A stretch of 63,273 nt of DNA, filler included, from Octopus bimaculoides (taxonomy: Eukaryota), in NCBI RefSeq assembly GCF_001194135.2. It is 5 parts of 4 records of this genome, joined end to end, with 100 filler letters (N's around TTAATTAATTAA, not from the genome) between each part and the next. Parts side by side here need not be neighbours in the genome. Positions count along the whole stretch, not along the records: positions 1 to 23,299 come from NC_068991.1; positions 23,400 to 41,171 come from NC_068982.1; 3 more parts are not named here. The stretch is one strand, 5' to 3'. The translations under genes and the position numbers were made by a program. Of this stretch, positions 13,813-26,201 are shown in pieces (the stretch's first letter is position 1; each line of letters starts with the position of its first letter). Under the pieces are notes generated by a model, which worked only from the letters and a program-made list of their open reading frames with translations, was not told the origin of the DNA and did no database searches.

Positions 13813-14242
13813 GGCGGCAAGCTGGTAGAATCGTTAGCGTGCTGGACGAAATGCTTAGCGGCATTTCGCCTGTCGCTACATTCTGAGTTCAAATTCTGCT
13901 GAGGTCGACTTTACCTTTCATCCTTTAGGGGGTCGATAAAATAAGTTCCAGTTGAACAATGGGGTCGATGTAACCGACTCATCCCCTCCCCTAAAGTTGA
14001 TGCTCTTGTGGCAAAATTTGAAATCATTATTATTATTATTATTAAGGCAGTGACCTGGCAGAATTGTTAGCGCATCGGGCATAATTCTTAGTGGTGTTTC
14101 GACTCATGTTTTGGGTTCAAATCCTGTCAACTTTGCTTTTCATCCTTTCAGGGCCAGTAAGATAAAGTACCAGTCAAGTACTGGGTCTCGATGGTATCGA
14201 CCAAACTCGTAAAATTCTGGCCTTCTTCAAAAATTCGAAAGC
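13811..14242 (+). mobile_element. Two tandem SINE family A copies (13811-14025 and 14044-14242) embedded in (TTA)n
   Basis: aaggcgg/aaggcag heads, gagttcaaattc B box; separated and flanked by TTA repeats. Confidence 0.9.
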
Positions 14243-15328
14243 ATTATTATTATTATTTTGGCATCTCCAATAAAATAGCATTGCTTAAAAATACAGAATT
14301 TTTAAATTTTATATTGTCGTCTAGATATAACAATGGAAATCTTAACGTAAACATTGTCCTCTTACAAATAATATTCACTGAAAATGTTGACAATAAAAGA
14401 AATATTTTGTGTAAGAATGCGAAAAATTGATTACAAAAAAATTGTTGAGATTTCTGACATTACGTTAACCCACAAAAAAATTTAGTGATTAAAAACAAGC
14501 GATAAAATCTATTGCTACTTGTTAGAATGAATGACGTTGGTTCCAAAATGTTGGATAAAGAATGATTAAATATTGGTTTTTATTAATTTTGTGCAATTAC
14601 CATATTTGTGACAGACGTCGTTAAAACAGTATTTAAATCGTTTTAGAGAGACTGTATTTTTAATGCATTAATTGTTGCAATTTAGTTATGAGCAGCTTCT
14701 GATATAAATTCCAACTGAAACTTTTATTCCATAAATTATTTGTGATAGATATTTCTCAAAATTCAAGAATATGACATTAGATAAACTGTTAAAAATTAAG
14801 ACATGTCTTTGAATGAATCATAATTACTAATTAATTGTTAATAAATTACTTATACATCTCTTTAACACCAAAAATTTGCTTAAATAGTGCCTCTTCTACA
14901 TTACAGCATAAAGTTCATTAGTTAAAATTTTATTGTAAAATAATATCATAGATAAAATAAATAGGAAAGCATTTAGTTCTAAATTTAATTATGCTGTTAA
15001 GATATAGTGGGATGGCTAGCAAAACTGGTAGGGCAGAGGACTAAATACCTCATCTAAAGTTCTTCTGGGTCGATATAAGAAATAGATGTGACATAACATA
15101 TAGCCAGTCCAATGGAATGTAACTGATATAAAGCTGGTTTTGTGTTTGAAGAAAACAAAACAAATTTGACTTATAGTGAATATGCAGAAGAGCGCCAGAC
15201 TAAAAACCTTAGAATATTTAGCTACATTTCTTTATATTCTGAGTTCAAATTCTCGATTTAACCTTTCATCTTTATGGTGTGAATAAACTAAGTTTCAGTA
15301 CAACTAAATATCAAGACCCATATCCAAT

Positions 15329-15560
15329 AAGTTCACCGTCATCAATTCATCGCAGGGAAAGTTCACCGTACGAATTTTTTGACAATTTTCCAACTTCAAT
15401 TTTGCTCTGTTTTTTTTTTCTGTTGTTGTTGTTGTTTTTTGGGAGTGAGGTGCGATAAAATAGTTTTTAACGATTAATGGTGAGATACTACGGATATATT
15501 TCCTCGGTACATTTTCGTCACGGCGAACTCTCCTGCGATGAATTGACGGTGGTGAACTCC
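15329..15560. mobile_element. MITE with about 45-bp modular terminal inverted repeats
   Basis: Left gttcaccgtcatcaattcatcgcagggaaagttcaccgtacgaa versus right reverse complement gttcaccaccgtcaattcatcgcaggagagttcgccgtgacgaa. Confidence 0.75.
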
Positions 15561-16038
15561 CTTGTAATCATCATATAATCATCATAATCAATGATATATT
15601 GATCTCTTATTTAATCTGCTATAACCTCTCAATTCCAGACGTGGGCGTTACTGTGGCATGGATTCATTATTAAACGAACTAGCAATTTGCATTTAAGCTT
15701 CTAAAATTTAGGTGCGATTTGGATATCACACTTTTGCCTAAAATATAGTATATTTATATCTAATCAGAAGATTGTTGTATTAGTAAGGTATGGCTGAGGC
15801 GAAGGAAGACGAACAAAATGGAATTAAAATTTTGAAATAAGTGATTCTACATCCTTGCTAAAACGATGAAGTAATTATACAGAGAGGTCGATTCACTAAA
15901 CTATATTCGGGATACTCCTCTACATATGGCGTTTAAGTGCTAGTTAATTTTGCCTTTGATCTTTCCACAAGGAAAATAAATAGCAGTAATATCAACAAGT
16001 ATTAATCAAACAACTCGCTAATATTTCTCGCAACGTTG

Positions 16039-16200
16039 AAGGCGGAGAGCTGGCAGAATCGTTAGCACGCAGAGCAGAACGCTGAGTGGCATTTCGTCGG
16101 CTTTTACGTTCAGAGTTTAAATTCCGCCGACTGGGATCGATATAATCGTCTTAACCCTCCACCGAAATTGCTGGCCTTGTGTCAAAAATTTGAAACCAAT
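16039..16200 (+). mobile_element. SINE family A, internally deleted
   Basis: Family A head; imperfect TSD aatatttctcgcaacgtt / aatatttcttgtgacgtt. Confidence 0.85.
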
Positions 16201-16352
16201 ATTTCTTGTGACGTTATGAATTACAGGAACTCACCCAAACGAAATCTGTAAAAGATCAACAACATTTGTTTTCACTCGTGCATAATATTTTCTTACGATT
16301 CTTGGTACCCACAAACAGAAATCTATTATAGCAAATCTAACCTTATACTATA

Positions 16353-17717
16353 CGAGGTCTAATCAATAAGTATCCGGACCGGTGCTATGAAAACAAAACT
16401 ACAACACGTGCCAATTTGGCATTTAATCTCCTTCAAAGATGTCCCTTTTGGAAGCCACATACTTAATCCAGCGCTGTTTCCATTCATGGAAGCATTCCTG
16501 GAATTCGTTTCCTGGGATAATCAGCAGCTGCCTCAACGCGTTCTTTTTGATTTCCTTGACGTCCTGAAATCTTCTCCCTTTCAAGCGGGATTTGATTTTT
16601 GGAAAGAAGAAAAAGTCGGAAGGGGTATACGGTGGCTGTCAGACCTGGGGAATGCTGTGCCTAGCGATAATCTGCTGCTGAATGGGCAGGTGCGTTGACA
16701 TAGTGCAATTGCCACTCACTGGACGCATGCAATTGTGGCCTTTTCCGACGAATAGCATCCCGCAAAACGTCGCGGTAATGTTCCTTGTTTATTGTCTGTT
16801 TGCAGTACTCCTTGTTTACTATAGTATTCCTTGTTTATTGTACTCCTTGTTTACTGTAGTACTCTTTGTTTAAGGTAGTACTCCTCGTTTACAGTCTGAC
16901 CAGGTGGAGCATACTCATGATGAGTCGAAGAAAACGGTCAACAGTGTTTTCACGTTGCTTATCGACTCGTTTGTGCTTTCTTCGGTCTCGGAGAGGTTAG
17001 GGTCTTCCACTGCTAAGACTGGGCCTTTGTTTCGGGGTCATAGCCATAGACCTAGGATTCATCACCTGTTATGACCGTTTTCAAAAAGTTTTCATCGTTC
17101 TCGACACAATCAAGGAGATCTTGTGCAACTGAAACCCTAGTGTTTTGTTTTTTTCTTTCTTTTTTTTTGTCGACTAAAAGCAGTTTTGGCACAAACTTGG
17201 CAGACATGCGCCTCATGCCCAAATCTTTAGTGATAATGGACTGAACTGAACCATAGCTAATCTGTGCATCATCTGATAACTTACGGATGATGATTCGACG
17301 ATTTTACCTCACAGCTGCACGCACATCTGCGATGTTTTTCTCAGTTCTATTGGTTTCCCAGAAGGTTCGTCACTATCGACATTTTTTCGGCCGTCTTGGA
17401 AACGTCTGAACCACTCATACACTTGTGTGCGGTTCATAGACTCCACTCCATACACTTTCCTCAACTTTGCGTAGGCCTATGAGTAGTAATCGCCAAGCTT
17501 TTGGCAAAATTTAATGCAGATTCTCTGCTCAACTTTCTGTCATGGTCAATGCGACGATCACACGCTACACACGTTCCTTCCATACACTGCTGTAAACAGC
17601 GGAAGTGAGCTAGAACGTTAAAACTTAGTGTACCTGCACAACAGCGTTCAAGGTCAATCTGTGCCAAGCAGCTTCGTTACTATGGCAACAGTCCGGATAC
17701 TTATTGATCAGATCACA
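16353..17717 (-). mobile_element. Full-length decayed mariner transposon (about 1.36 kb)
   Basis: TA at 16351-52 and 17718-19; about 27-bp TIRs (cgaggtctaatcaataagtatccggac). Transposase remnants EQRICIKFCQKL, VYEWFRRFQDGR, SAKFVPKLL, HHEYAPPGQTVNEEYY, WQLHYVNAPAH, WKQRWIKY. Confidence 0.92.
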
Positions 17718-18599
17718 TATTCCATAAATATCGATGCTAAGGTGTATATCGTACACATAATCTGGAGAATATACTTTATATAGCATCTTTAAAAAACGGA
17801 TAATTTTTCATTAATTCTCTTTAGTACCAATAAACAACAACAACAGCAATAATAATAATAATAATAATAATAATCACAACAACAATAACAATGATAAAGG
17901 TCGGGCAAGAAGAAGCTATTACTCGGATTATTAAATGATTAGAAGGTTATTAGAAATTAAAGAAATGTATAATAATAGTGATAATAATATAATATATATA
18001 TATATATGCGTTTGTGTTTTATGAGCGAGAGACAGAGTCATTAGTCAGGAAAGGGTTTTGGTTTTCAAGCTTTTTATGGATTCGTGGTTCGTATTTTGGT
18101 TGTGTCTAAGTGGTTCCAATGGAGGTATGAGTTAATTGTGTATTTTTGTGATATATAATAAAACTTTATTTTCTTTTTAACCGTTTGATTGCGTGAGCAA
18201 GAATTAAGAGTTAATATCATTATATTAATAAATATAACTAAATTAATCTATGAAATTATATAATATTGAAACTAATATTTTTCAACAGATTACAGGAGGA
18301 GTGTGGGAAGAAAGAAGAAATAGAATTTTCTTCTTTCCCTGTTCCTTGTCTTCTTTCGTTTTCTCTATCTTTTTATTTTACTACGCCTTTCTCCACTCAC
18401 ATCCTCCGTAATTACTAGATACAACTATTGAAAAGTCTAAGTTTCATTTAAATATAATATATTAGATTAATGACACTAACTCTTTATTTACACTACCCAA
18501 TAAAACAAACCATAAAGACGGTTTATTATATACCAGAGAATGTGCTACTAAACCACATCTTCAATACAGCTACAAACGCCCACCAATATTAACCAAAAC

Positions 18600-19045
18600 T
18601 AAGGCAGTGAGCTGGCAGAGTCATTAGCACGTCGGACAAAATGCTTTGCAGCATTTCGTCTGACTTTATGTTCTGAGTTCAAATTCTGCCGAGGTCGACT
18701 TTGCCTTCATCCTTTCGGGTCGATAAAATGAGTACCAGTTGAGCACTGAGGTGTGGGGAGCGATTTAATAGACTTACTTCCTCCCCCAATGCTGACCTTG
18801 TGCCAAAATTTGAAACCAATATAAAGGCTACCTAAGACGGTGAGCTGGCCGAATCGTTAGCACAGCAGGCAAAATGCTTAGCGGCATTTCGCCTATCCTT
18901 ACGTTCTGAGTTCAAATTACGCCGAAGCCAACTTTGTCTTTCGTCCTTTTGGAGTTGATAAAACAAGTACCAGTTGAGTAGTAAGATCGATATAATCGAC
19001 TTACCCTCTTCCCCGAAGTTGTTGGCCTTTTGCCAAAAAATATTA
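18600..19045 (+). mobile_element. Two tandem SINE family A copies (18600-18820 and 18834-19045)
   Basis: Both carry the gagctggc-gaatcgttagc head and ctgagttcaaatt B box. Confidence 0.9.
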
Positions 19046-19141
19046 ACCGATTCTATCCCATCTCACCTAATTTTTGCAGTGGGAAGAAGCCAACAACAGT
19101 GCGATTGTCAAAACTTGTAAGTCAACATTTTCTCTCTATGT

Positions 19142-19182
<41 letters not shown>

Positions 19183-19183
<1 letters not shown>

Positions 19184-19402
19184 TTAAAAAGTAAATAACG
19201 TTGGAAAAAGGTACAAAAGTATATTTTAGAGAATGTTTAATATCTTTGTTACAGTGAGTGATTCAAAATGTAACCAGTTTCGATGTATCCATCTTATCGA
19301 ATATTAGAAAGAATATTTTAAATCACTCACTGTAACAAAAATATTAAACATTCTCTAAAATATACTTTTGCGCCTTTTCCAACTTCATTTACTTTTTTTA
19401 AC
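19183..19402. repeat. About 88-bp inverted repeat pair with a 41-nt spacer
   Basis: 19183-19271 is the reverse complement of about 19313-19402 at roughly 90% identity. Confidence 0.9.
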
Positions 19403-19439
19403 TATAATTTTTGATTTGTATGGACTCTTAACCCCTTTT

Positions 19440-19474
<35 letters not shown>

Positions 19475-19476
<2 letters not shown>

Positions 19477-19686
19477 CGTGATCACGTGACTGACCAGACT
19501 ATCAGATGGAGTTACACATCGCTGGTCACTATACGCTCTGCATTGTTTTTAGGTTTCGAAAGGAAGACTGGAACAACGTGAAATGAAGTGTTTTGGTCAA
19601 GAACACAACCCGCACCCCGTCTGAGAATCGAACCCATGATCTAGCGATCGTGAATGCAACAACCTAATCACTAGGCTACGCACCTT
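19475..19686 (-). mobile_element. SINE family C-related copy
   Basis: tagcctagtgattagg head, gggttcgattc B box, tgtgttcttgaccaaaacacttcatttcacg domain. Confidence 0.75.
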
Positions 19687-19693
19687 CACATAT

Positions 19694-19950
<257 letters not shown>

Positions 19951-20725
19951 ATGATAAATTTTTCTAAGTCATGGAAATTACATTTCTGAAAGTATTTTAA
20001 ACTTAAATTGTGTCCCATTCCATTGTTACCTGGATTCGGTATGTTCACCGTCACAAAATATTTAGCTCACTCGAGATGCCTGCGATGCTACAGCCAGCCC
20101 TGCTTACGTAAACTTAATCAGTTCCGAATATTTAACCGTTCTCTAAGGCAATATAACGCATCTGTCCACACGTAAATTCCGGACATTTTTTTGTTTTTTT
20201 TTTGTTGACCATATTGTTAATATAAAGGTTACGTGTGTAAAAGTGTATGTATGTGTACATGTGTTCGATTGGGCAACTATTTGTATGAATACCTGCAAGC
20301 GTTTGTTTGTGTGGGTGCACGCGCGAACACGCAAGCGCGTATGAATACATTAAGTTTTGAGCGGAGATACGCTATATCGCTACCTTTTGAGTTACAGACA
20401 AACTTTGAGGCAGGAGAGATCAAGAATACATGCAAATGTTTTAGACGAAACTAATGCCACTTGGGTGGAGCACCACATTGAATTTCATCACTTTTGTTCA
20501 GCTCTATATGCTGCAATTTTCTTCGAGTCATTATAAAGTTTGTTCAAAAGCTCTTCTATAAAATTCAATTCTATTATATGCAAAACAATTAAAAACAAAT
20601 CAAACCCTAATTCTATCGATATTGTTATTTCATCGTTGTTGTAATTATTGTGGCTTGATTTTATTTACTGTTTCATTTTTTTTATAAGTTCTCTTGATAT
20701 CAGTACTTTTTGTGAGTGTAAGTGC

Positions 20726-20763
<38 letters not shown>

Positions 20764-21299
20764 ATGTATATGTATACATATATATATACACACACATATA
20801 TACATATATATATATATGTATATATATNNNNNNNNNNNNNNNNNNNNNNNNNNNNNNNNNNNNNNNNNNNNNNNNNNNNNNNNNNNNNNNNNNNNNNNNN
20901 NNNNNNNNNNNNNNNNNNNNNNNNNNNNNNATATATATATATATATATGTATGTATGAATGTATATTTTTTTATATATAATTTAATTCTAAGAGAGTTAG
21001 AGATTGTGAATCCAACCAACTAAGAGATAATATCTATCCAATATACTGCTGGTAGAATACCCAATTATTAATGCACAAGTGTTTTTTCATTGCATGGCAA
21101 TTACATTACCGAGTGTGGTAAATGGGTGAGGGTAAAAAGTTATTTTACCCTTAATTTATATAGCAATAAGAAAATGGAGGGGATCAAGAGTTGGTATTCA
21201 TCAACTTATAGACATTATATTATGTCTATTTATTTATTTTTTAAAAAAGACAATTATAGCAATATACATATATGTATAATATATTATGCTTTACATATA

Positions 21300-21974
21300 T
21301 GATATACAAAACATAAAATATAAAAATACCAGTAATTATTAGAATATATAACGTAGAACATAGAAAGTAGGATAAAATCTTACAGCTGTTTCAGCGGAGA
21401 GGCCATAGTACCCCATTCTACTTTTATCCCTCCAGTGAACTGAAGTATTTGGTAGATAAGATTAAGGTACTTGGGTGTGTCTCTGGGCTTCATCAGAGAG
21501 TTTAGAAAGTTCATAAGGTTAAGTTATAAATATAAATACATACATATATACATACTTTTACATATACACACAATACTAGGTTTTAGTCGTATTTGGAAAA
21601 GGTATTCCTGACGACAGGAAACGTTGCGTTCCTTAAAGCTGTTAATAAGCCGAATTTTATTCCCAATTAGAAAGAAAATTTCATTAATACATAACAAACA
21701 TTTTCTATTTTTAGTGTTATATGCAGGTGCTGATGTTAATATTTTCCAATTTAAATTATAGTTAATTCCCCCATCCTTAAGTATATCAATGTATCGTAAG
21801 TACACAATTTGACAGCAAGGTATATGTAGGTGCAACAAAAAACAATATGAAACAGAGACTTAATTATCATGACTATACATTTAGAAACAGAAATAGGAGA
21901 AATTCTACAGAAATTACATATGAGAACTTAAGGATGGGAGAATTAACTATAATTTAAATTGGAAAATATTAACA
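21300..21974. mobile_element. Penelope-like element (Naiad-type GIY-YIG) fragment with 5' inversion
   Basis: Plus strand 21781-21974: VYQCIVSTQFDSKVYVGATKNNMKQRLNYH...NSTE...LKDGRINYNLNWKILT. Minus strand 21781-21524: LKDGGINYNLNWKILTSAPAYNTKNRKCLLCINE...LINSFKERNVSCRQ. Confidence 0.85.
21373..21505 (-). ncRNA. Type-I hammerhead ribozyme motif with extended stem II (PLE-associated)
   Basis: Minus strand: taaaa(c)tct-CUGAUGA-agc...gct-GAAA-C-AGCU-G-UA^-agatttta. Intact core; GUA cleavage between 21381 and 21380. Confidence 0.8.
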
Positions 21975-22002
21975 CGCACAGGCACGCGCGCGCGCGCGCA
22001 CA

Positions 22003-22035
<33 letters not shown>

Positions 22036-22038
22036 GCA

Positions 22039-22087
<49 letters not shown>

Positions 22088-23299
22088 GATGTCTACATAC
22101 AAGATTTCTTTCTGTTCCTGAAGACATTCAGAAGTTTTCGGCGTCTGGTGAAATCTTTCCACCATTGTAGTTCTTTTCAATATCCAAACTGGAAGTTATC
22201 AACGCTAAATTAACATTTCTTTGAAATAATACGGAATCTACAGAACAGATGAAATTCTAGTCGATATGGCAGGAATAATCCCATCAGGTCTGAATATAAT
22301 ATTGATGACGGACGTTGTTAACTCTCACAGCTTTTTCTTTCTCTTTAATCTTTCTTAATATGTTGCTAAATAACAGTCAGCAGAACCTCATATTTTGAAC
22401 AACGTTGTTAATCACAAATGTTTCTGATCTGTTTCTAATATGGCAGATTCTTTAAAATATATTGTAGTAGATACATGACGGTAAAGGACATGACGACCAG
22501 AGATTTGGTCTGAATGGTTTCAGCAAAAGAGATTCTGCTAAAGACGGTGGTGTTAAACTGGAAAGTGAATCAAATCTAACAAAAGCAAAAATGGCTCCTC
22601 TGATAGTTTTCACAACATTTTTCTTGCCTACCAACTTTCATTCTCGAGGTTTCGGCCACTCGGAACCTATGGTTGAAGATACTTGCTCAAGATGCAGCAT
22701 GATATTACACCATCATTATACGACTGTCACTTCGGACAGATTCAAGACTGCTGGGATAAATCTTGTCAACCATATTCAAGGATATGAAAAACAGTTTGCA
22801 TAGGAAGACTGTCACAAAACATACGGTACGAGATGCAGTATTTCTTAACAACTGTCACTGAATTCAAACTCTTCATAAGTTGTATTAATTCACTAAATAC
22901 AGCTAACATCGCTAAATCCGCTGTTTTGTCGTTGTTCAACACTATGTCAACCCTGGTCCGGTCCGTCTGTAATCAAAGACATTCTAGCCATGACCATTCT
23001 GTAATACTTTTTCGGACCACATTGTCTACAGTGTCCTTTAAGGTGGAGAGATTAGTTTCAGGGGAAAAAAGCAGATCAAGGGACCAAGTGGATCCCTTTA
23101 TCGGGAGCATCGTCGTTGTCGATGTTGTTTATCTCTTGATCGAGTAGACCTATGATCAAAGACATTCTAATTGTGACCATCTTGTCTTCGAAAACTGCAC
23201 TATCTATTTCATCCATTCATTTTTTGGTGGGGAGAGGATAAGTCGGAAGAGTGTTTTTGAAGTGATTTGAGGAGGCGGCGGAGGCGGCGGAGCGGCGGA

Positions 23300-23399
23300 N
23301 NNNNNNNNNNNNNNNNNNNNNNNNNNNNNNNNNNNNNNNNNNNTTAATTAATTAANNNNNNNNNNNNNNNNNNNNNNNNNNNNNNNNNNNNNNNNNNNN
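23300..23399. other. 100-bp scaffold gap with a TTAATTAATTAA spacer (also 41172-41271, 47290-47389, 61753-61852)
   Basis: Each is 44 N + TTAATTAATTAA + 44 N. Other N gaps: 521-1221, 20828-20930, 29071-29080, 29613-30490, 33772-33781, 41951-42553, 44947-44981. Confidence 0.95.
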
Positions 23400-23790
23400 G
23401 CAAGGCAAACAAAAGTTTCTGTGTACCGTGCATGTGTACTTACATCTCTCGTCTACTCATGTGAAACATGGACTCTGTACACACGTCAGGTAAGGGTCCT
23501 TGAACGCTTTCATCAGAGATGTCTCAGGCACATTCTCAATGTTGGCTGGACCTCAAAAATTCCAGACACACAGATCCTGAGGACAGCTGATATCTTGAGT
23601 ATTGAGGCGATGGTGCACAAGCACCGGTTACGTTGGACTGGACACCTTATTAGAATAAAGGATAGCAGGATTCCTAAGCAGATGCTATATGGATAACTTG
23701 TGAATGGAAGGAGACTCCGACAGAACCCAAGGCTGCGCTTTAAGGACTGTGTCGAGTCCTCATTAAAGGCCTGTGATATGCAGGACACTG
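23400..23790 (+). mobile_element. RTE-clade LINE RT C-terminal fragment
   Basis: VYRACVLTSLVYSCETWTLY...LERFHQRCLRHIL...RLRWTGHLIRIKDSRIPKQMLYG*...PRLRFKD. Confidence 0.92.
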
Positions 23791-25534
23791 TTTGTGTGTG
23801 TGTGCGCGCGCACGTGTGTGTGAGTGTGTGTATGCGTATACATTTGAATTTGTGTACATGTTAAATAAATAAAACAATGAATGAATGAATAAATAAAGTG
23901 ATATTAATTTTTTCTTTAAAATTGAAACATTAATAGGAGCATAAGGTTCTGGTAAAATGTTGAAGTTACAGACGATGACATGAACAAATGTTTTTTTCCC
24001 TGTGATATTTACCCAAACTTTATAACATTCCTTAACGCAATTGTATTTGAGGGCAAATACTGAATGATTTGTAAGTTTTTATCTAAACTGAATGATTTTT
24101 AGCTTTAAATTAGTATATTAATGATCATATTTATAGTATTGCACTGGATTGATAAATAACTTTAGTATTAAGCTCCATAATATATTTGTCTTAAGTGTAA
24201 AATGTACCATTATATTCGTAGTAAAATTTAAGATAAGTTTTTATTATGATTTCATCTTTATATAAAATGTATATATGTGTATAAATTAAATTTGATTATA
24301 ATAGTATATAAATAATGTTATAAACGGCACTATTGGGATTAAAAGCATGTCTATTGTAAGTACGTATTTCCAGTTATTTTTTCCGTAAGGTATGAATGTA
24401 TAAATTTATAAACATTGATTTACATTGGTTATTTTCCTCTGATAAACTAAGTAAATTTTTGTTTTCGCTTGTTAATTACTAAGAATAATGTTTATATTAA
24501 TGCGCCCAAATAGTTTAGAATAATTCTTGAATATGATTATATATCTTTTTGAATAATTATGCATATATGAATATTTCTTGTAGACCTTATAATGTTTAGT
24601 ATATATCATCATATTATGTTCTTTCGAACTTATATGCACATAAAAAATTAGAAGCATAAAACTTTTGGCTTACTCTAATATATTTTCTTTTGTAAAATTA
24701 AGGAAAATTTTGATAATTTATTTATTTATATATTATCATTTTTATGTAAGAAATAGTATAGTTTGTAGTAATCGTAACTTTATGCTTTTGTTTTACATCG
24801 GCGTATTTAGAAGAAACATTTGAATTAATGTATCGTTGAATAAAAAGGTTTTTTAATGAATAAACTATATCCGTATTTGTTAATAAAATATATCCGAATT
24901 TATTTTTTCATAATAGTATATAGAAATTTTTTAAAATATATATTTCCTACTCCACTATAATTCCTAACATATTACATAGATTTCATAATATAGATTATAT
25001 ATAATAAAAAGGGATGGTAAGTATTTTAGATTAAAATATCTTTGGATTAATATTATTAAAGGTGCATAAGAATATTTTATGACCGTTGTAATTGTTTTGT
25101 TTCTTTAATTTATTTTATCTATTTGATTTTTCGTTTTGTTTTTATTATATTTATTATATTCATAATCATTAACGCTCACGCTTGTTAACATAAGTATATT
25201 TTAAATCAATCTATTTTATGATATAGCAGTCCTTGTATGAAACTTTTGTATATTTTAAGACAAATATTACTCAGACGAGATTCATATACATAAACATGAT
25301 TGTAGGATATATATTTCTTTTAATTTTTTATATTATATTACATTATATTATATTATATTATAATATTTATAGTATAATTATAATATATATTTTATAATCT
25401 GTATATCTATAAAAGGCAGGATGTGTGTGTGTGTGTATATAATTTGACGAAAATACAGCTAGGGTCGTGACGAATGTCCTCCTAAAATTGGAGCGACTTG
25501 CGTGCTAATTTATGGACACTGCATAAATTACATT

Positions 25535-25591
<57 letters not shown>

Positions 25592-25629
25592 CCTGCCTTT
25601 TATAGATACACATACATACACATATATAT

Positions 25630-26180
25630 ATCTGTGTGTTTGTCTGTCTGTGTTTGCCTCCCACCTGCTGAGACCCCCTTCGGTCATGACTGACCATTGG
25701 ATTGCACCTAGAAAATCACCCTCACAGGCACAAGTCCGAGCAAGGTTGTTTATGGAAGACAGGCAGTCGCCCATGCATACCAGCCTCCCCTTTCCACGCC
25801 ACCGATGTTATCCAAGGGTAAGGCATGGGCCGATACATCTTGGCACTGTGACGTCGCAACTCATTTCTACAGCTGAGTGAAGTGGAGCAACGTGAAATAA
25901 AGTGTCTTGTTCAAGAACACAGCACGCAGTCCGGTCACGGATTCGAACTCACAACCTCACGATCGTAAGCTCGACGTTCTAACCACTGAGCCATGCGCCT
26001 CCCACCATCGCTAGACAAACAGTGCTGATTTGTTTACATCCCCGTAACTTAGCGGACTGGAAAAAATAGACCGATAGAATAAGTACAAAGCGTAAAAAAT
26101 AATCTCTGGGATCGATTTGGTGGCTACAACCTTACCAGGCAGTGTCCCAGCTTGACCGCAGTCAAATGACTGAAACACTA
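25630..26180 (+). mobile_element. 3' half of SINE family B, interrupted by a family C SINE
   Basis: tgtgtttgcctcccacc|...|atcgctagacaaacagtgctg...gaccgcagtcaaatgactgaaac. Confidence 0.8.
25666..25996 (-). mobile_element. tRNA-derived SINE, family C, full length
   Basis: A box TGGCTCAGTGG, B box GAGTTCGAATCC, conserved-domain-like tgtgttcttgaacaagacacttta...cactcagctgt. 10-bp TSD gcctcccacc at 25656-25665 and 25997-26006. Confidence 0.9.
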
Positions 26181-26201
26181 AAATGATAAAAGATATATGT
26201 A

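Noticed and set aside
25930-25996. tRNA gene
   Set aside because: The A and B boxes belong to a SINE head with TSDs; there is no complete acceptor stem.
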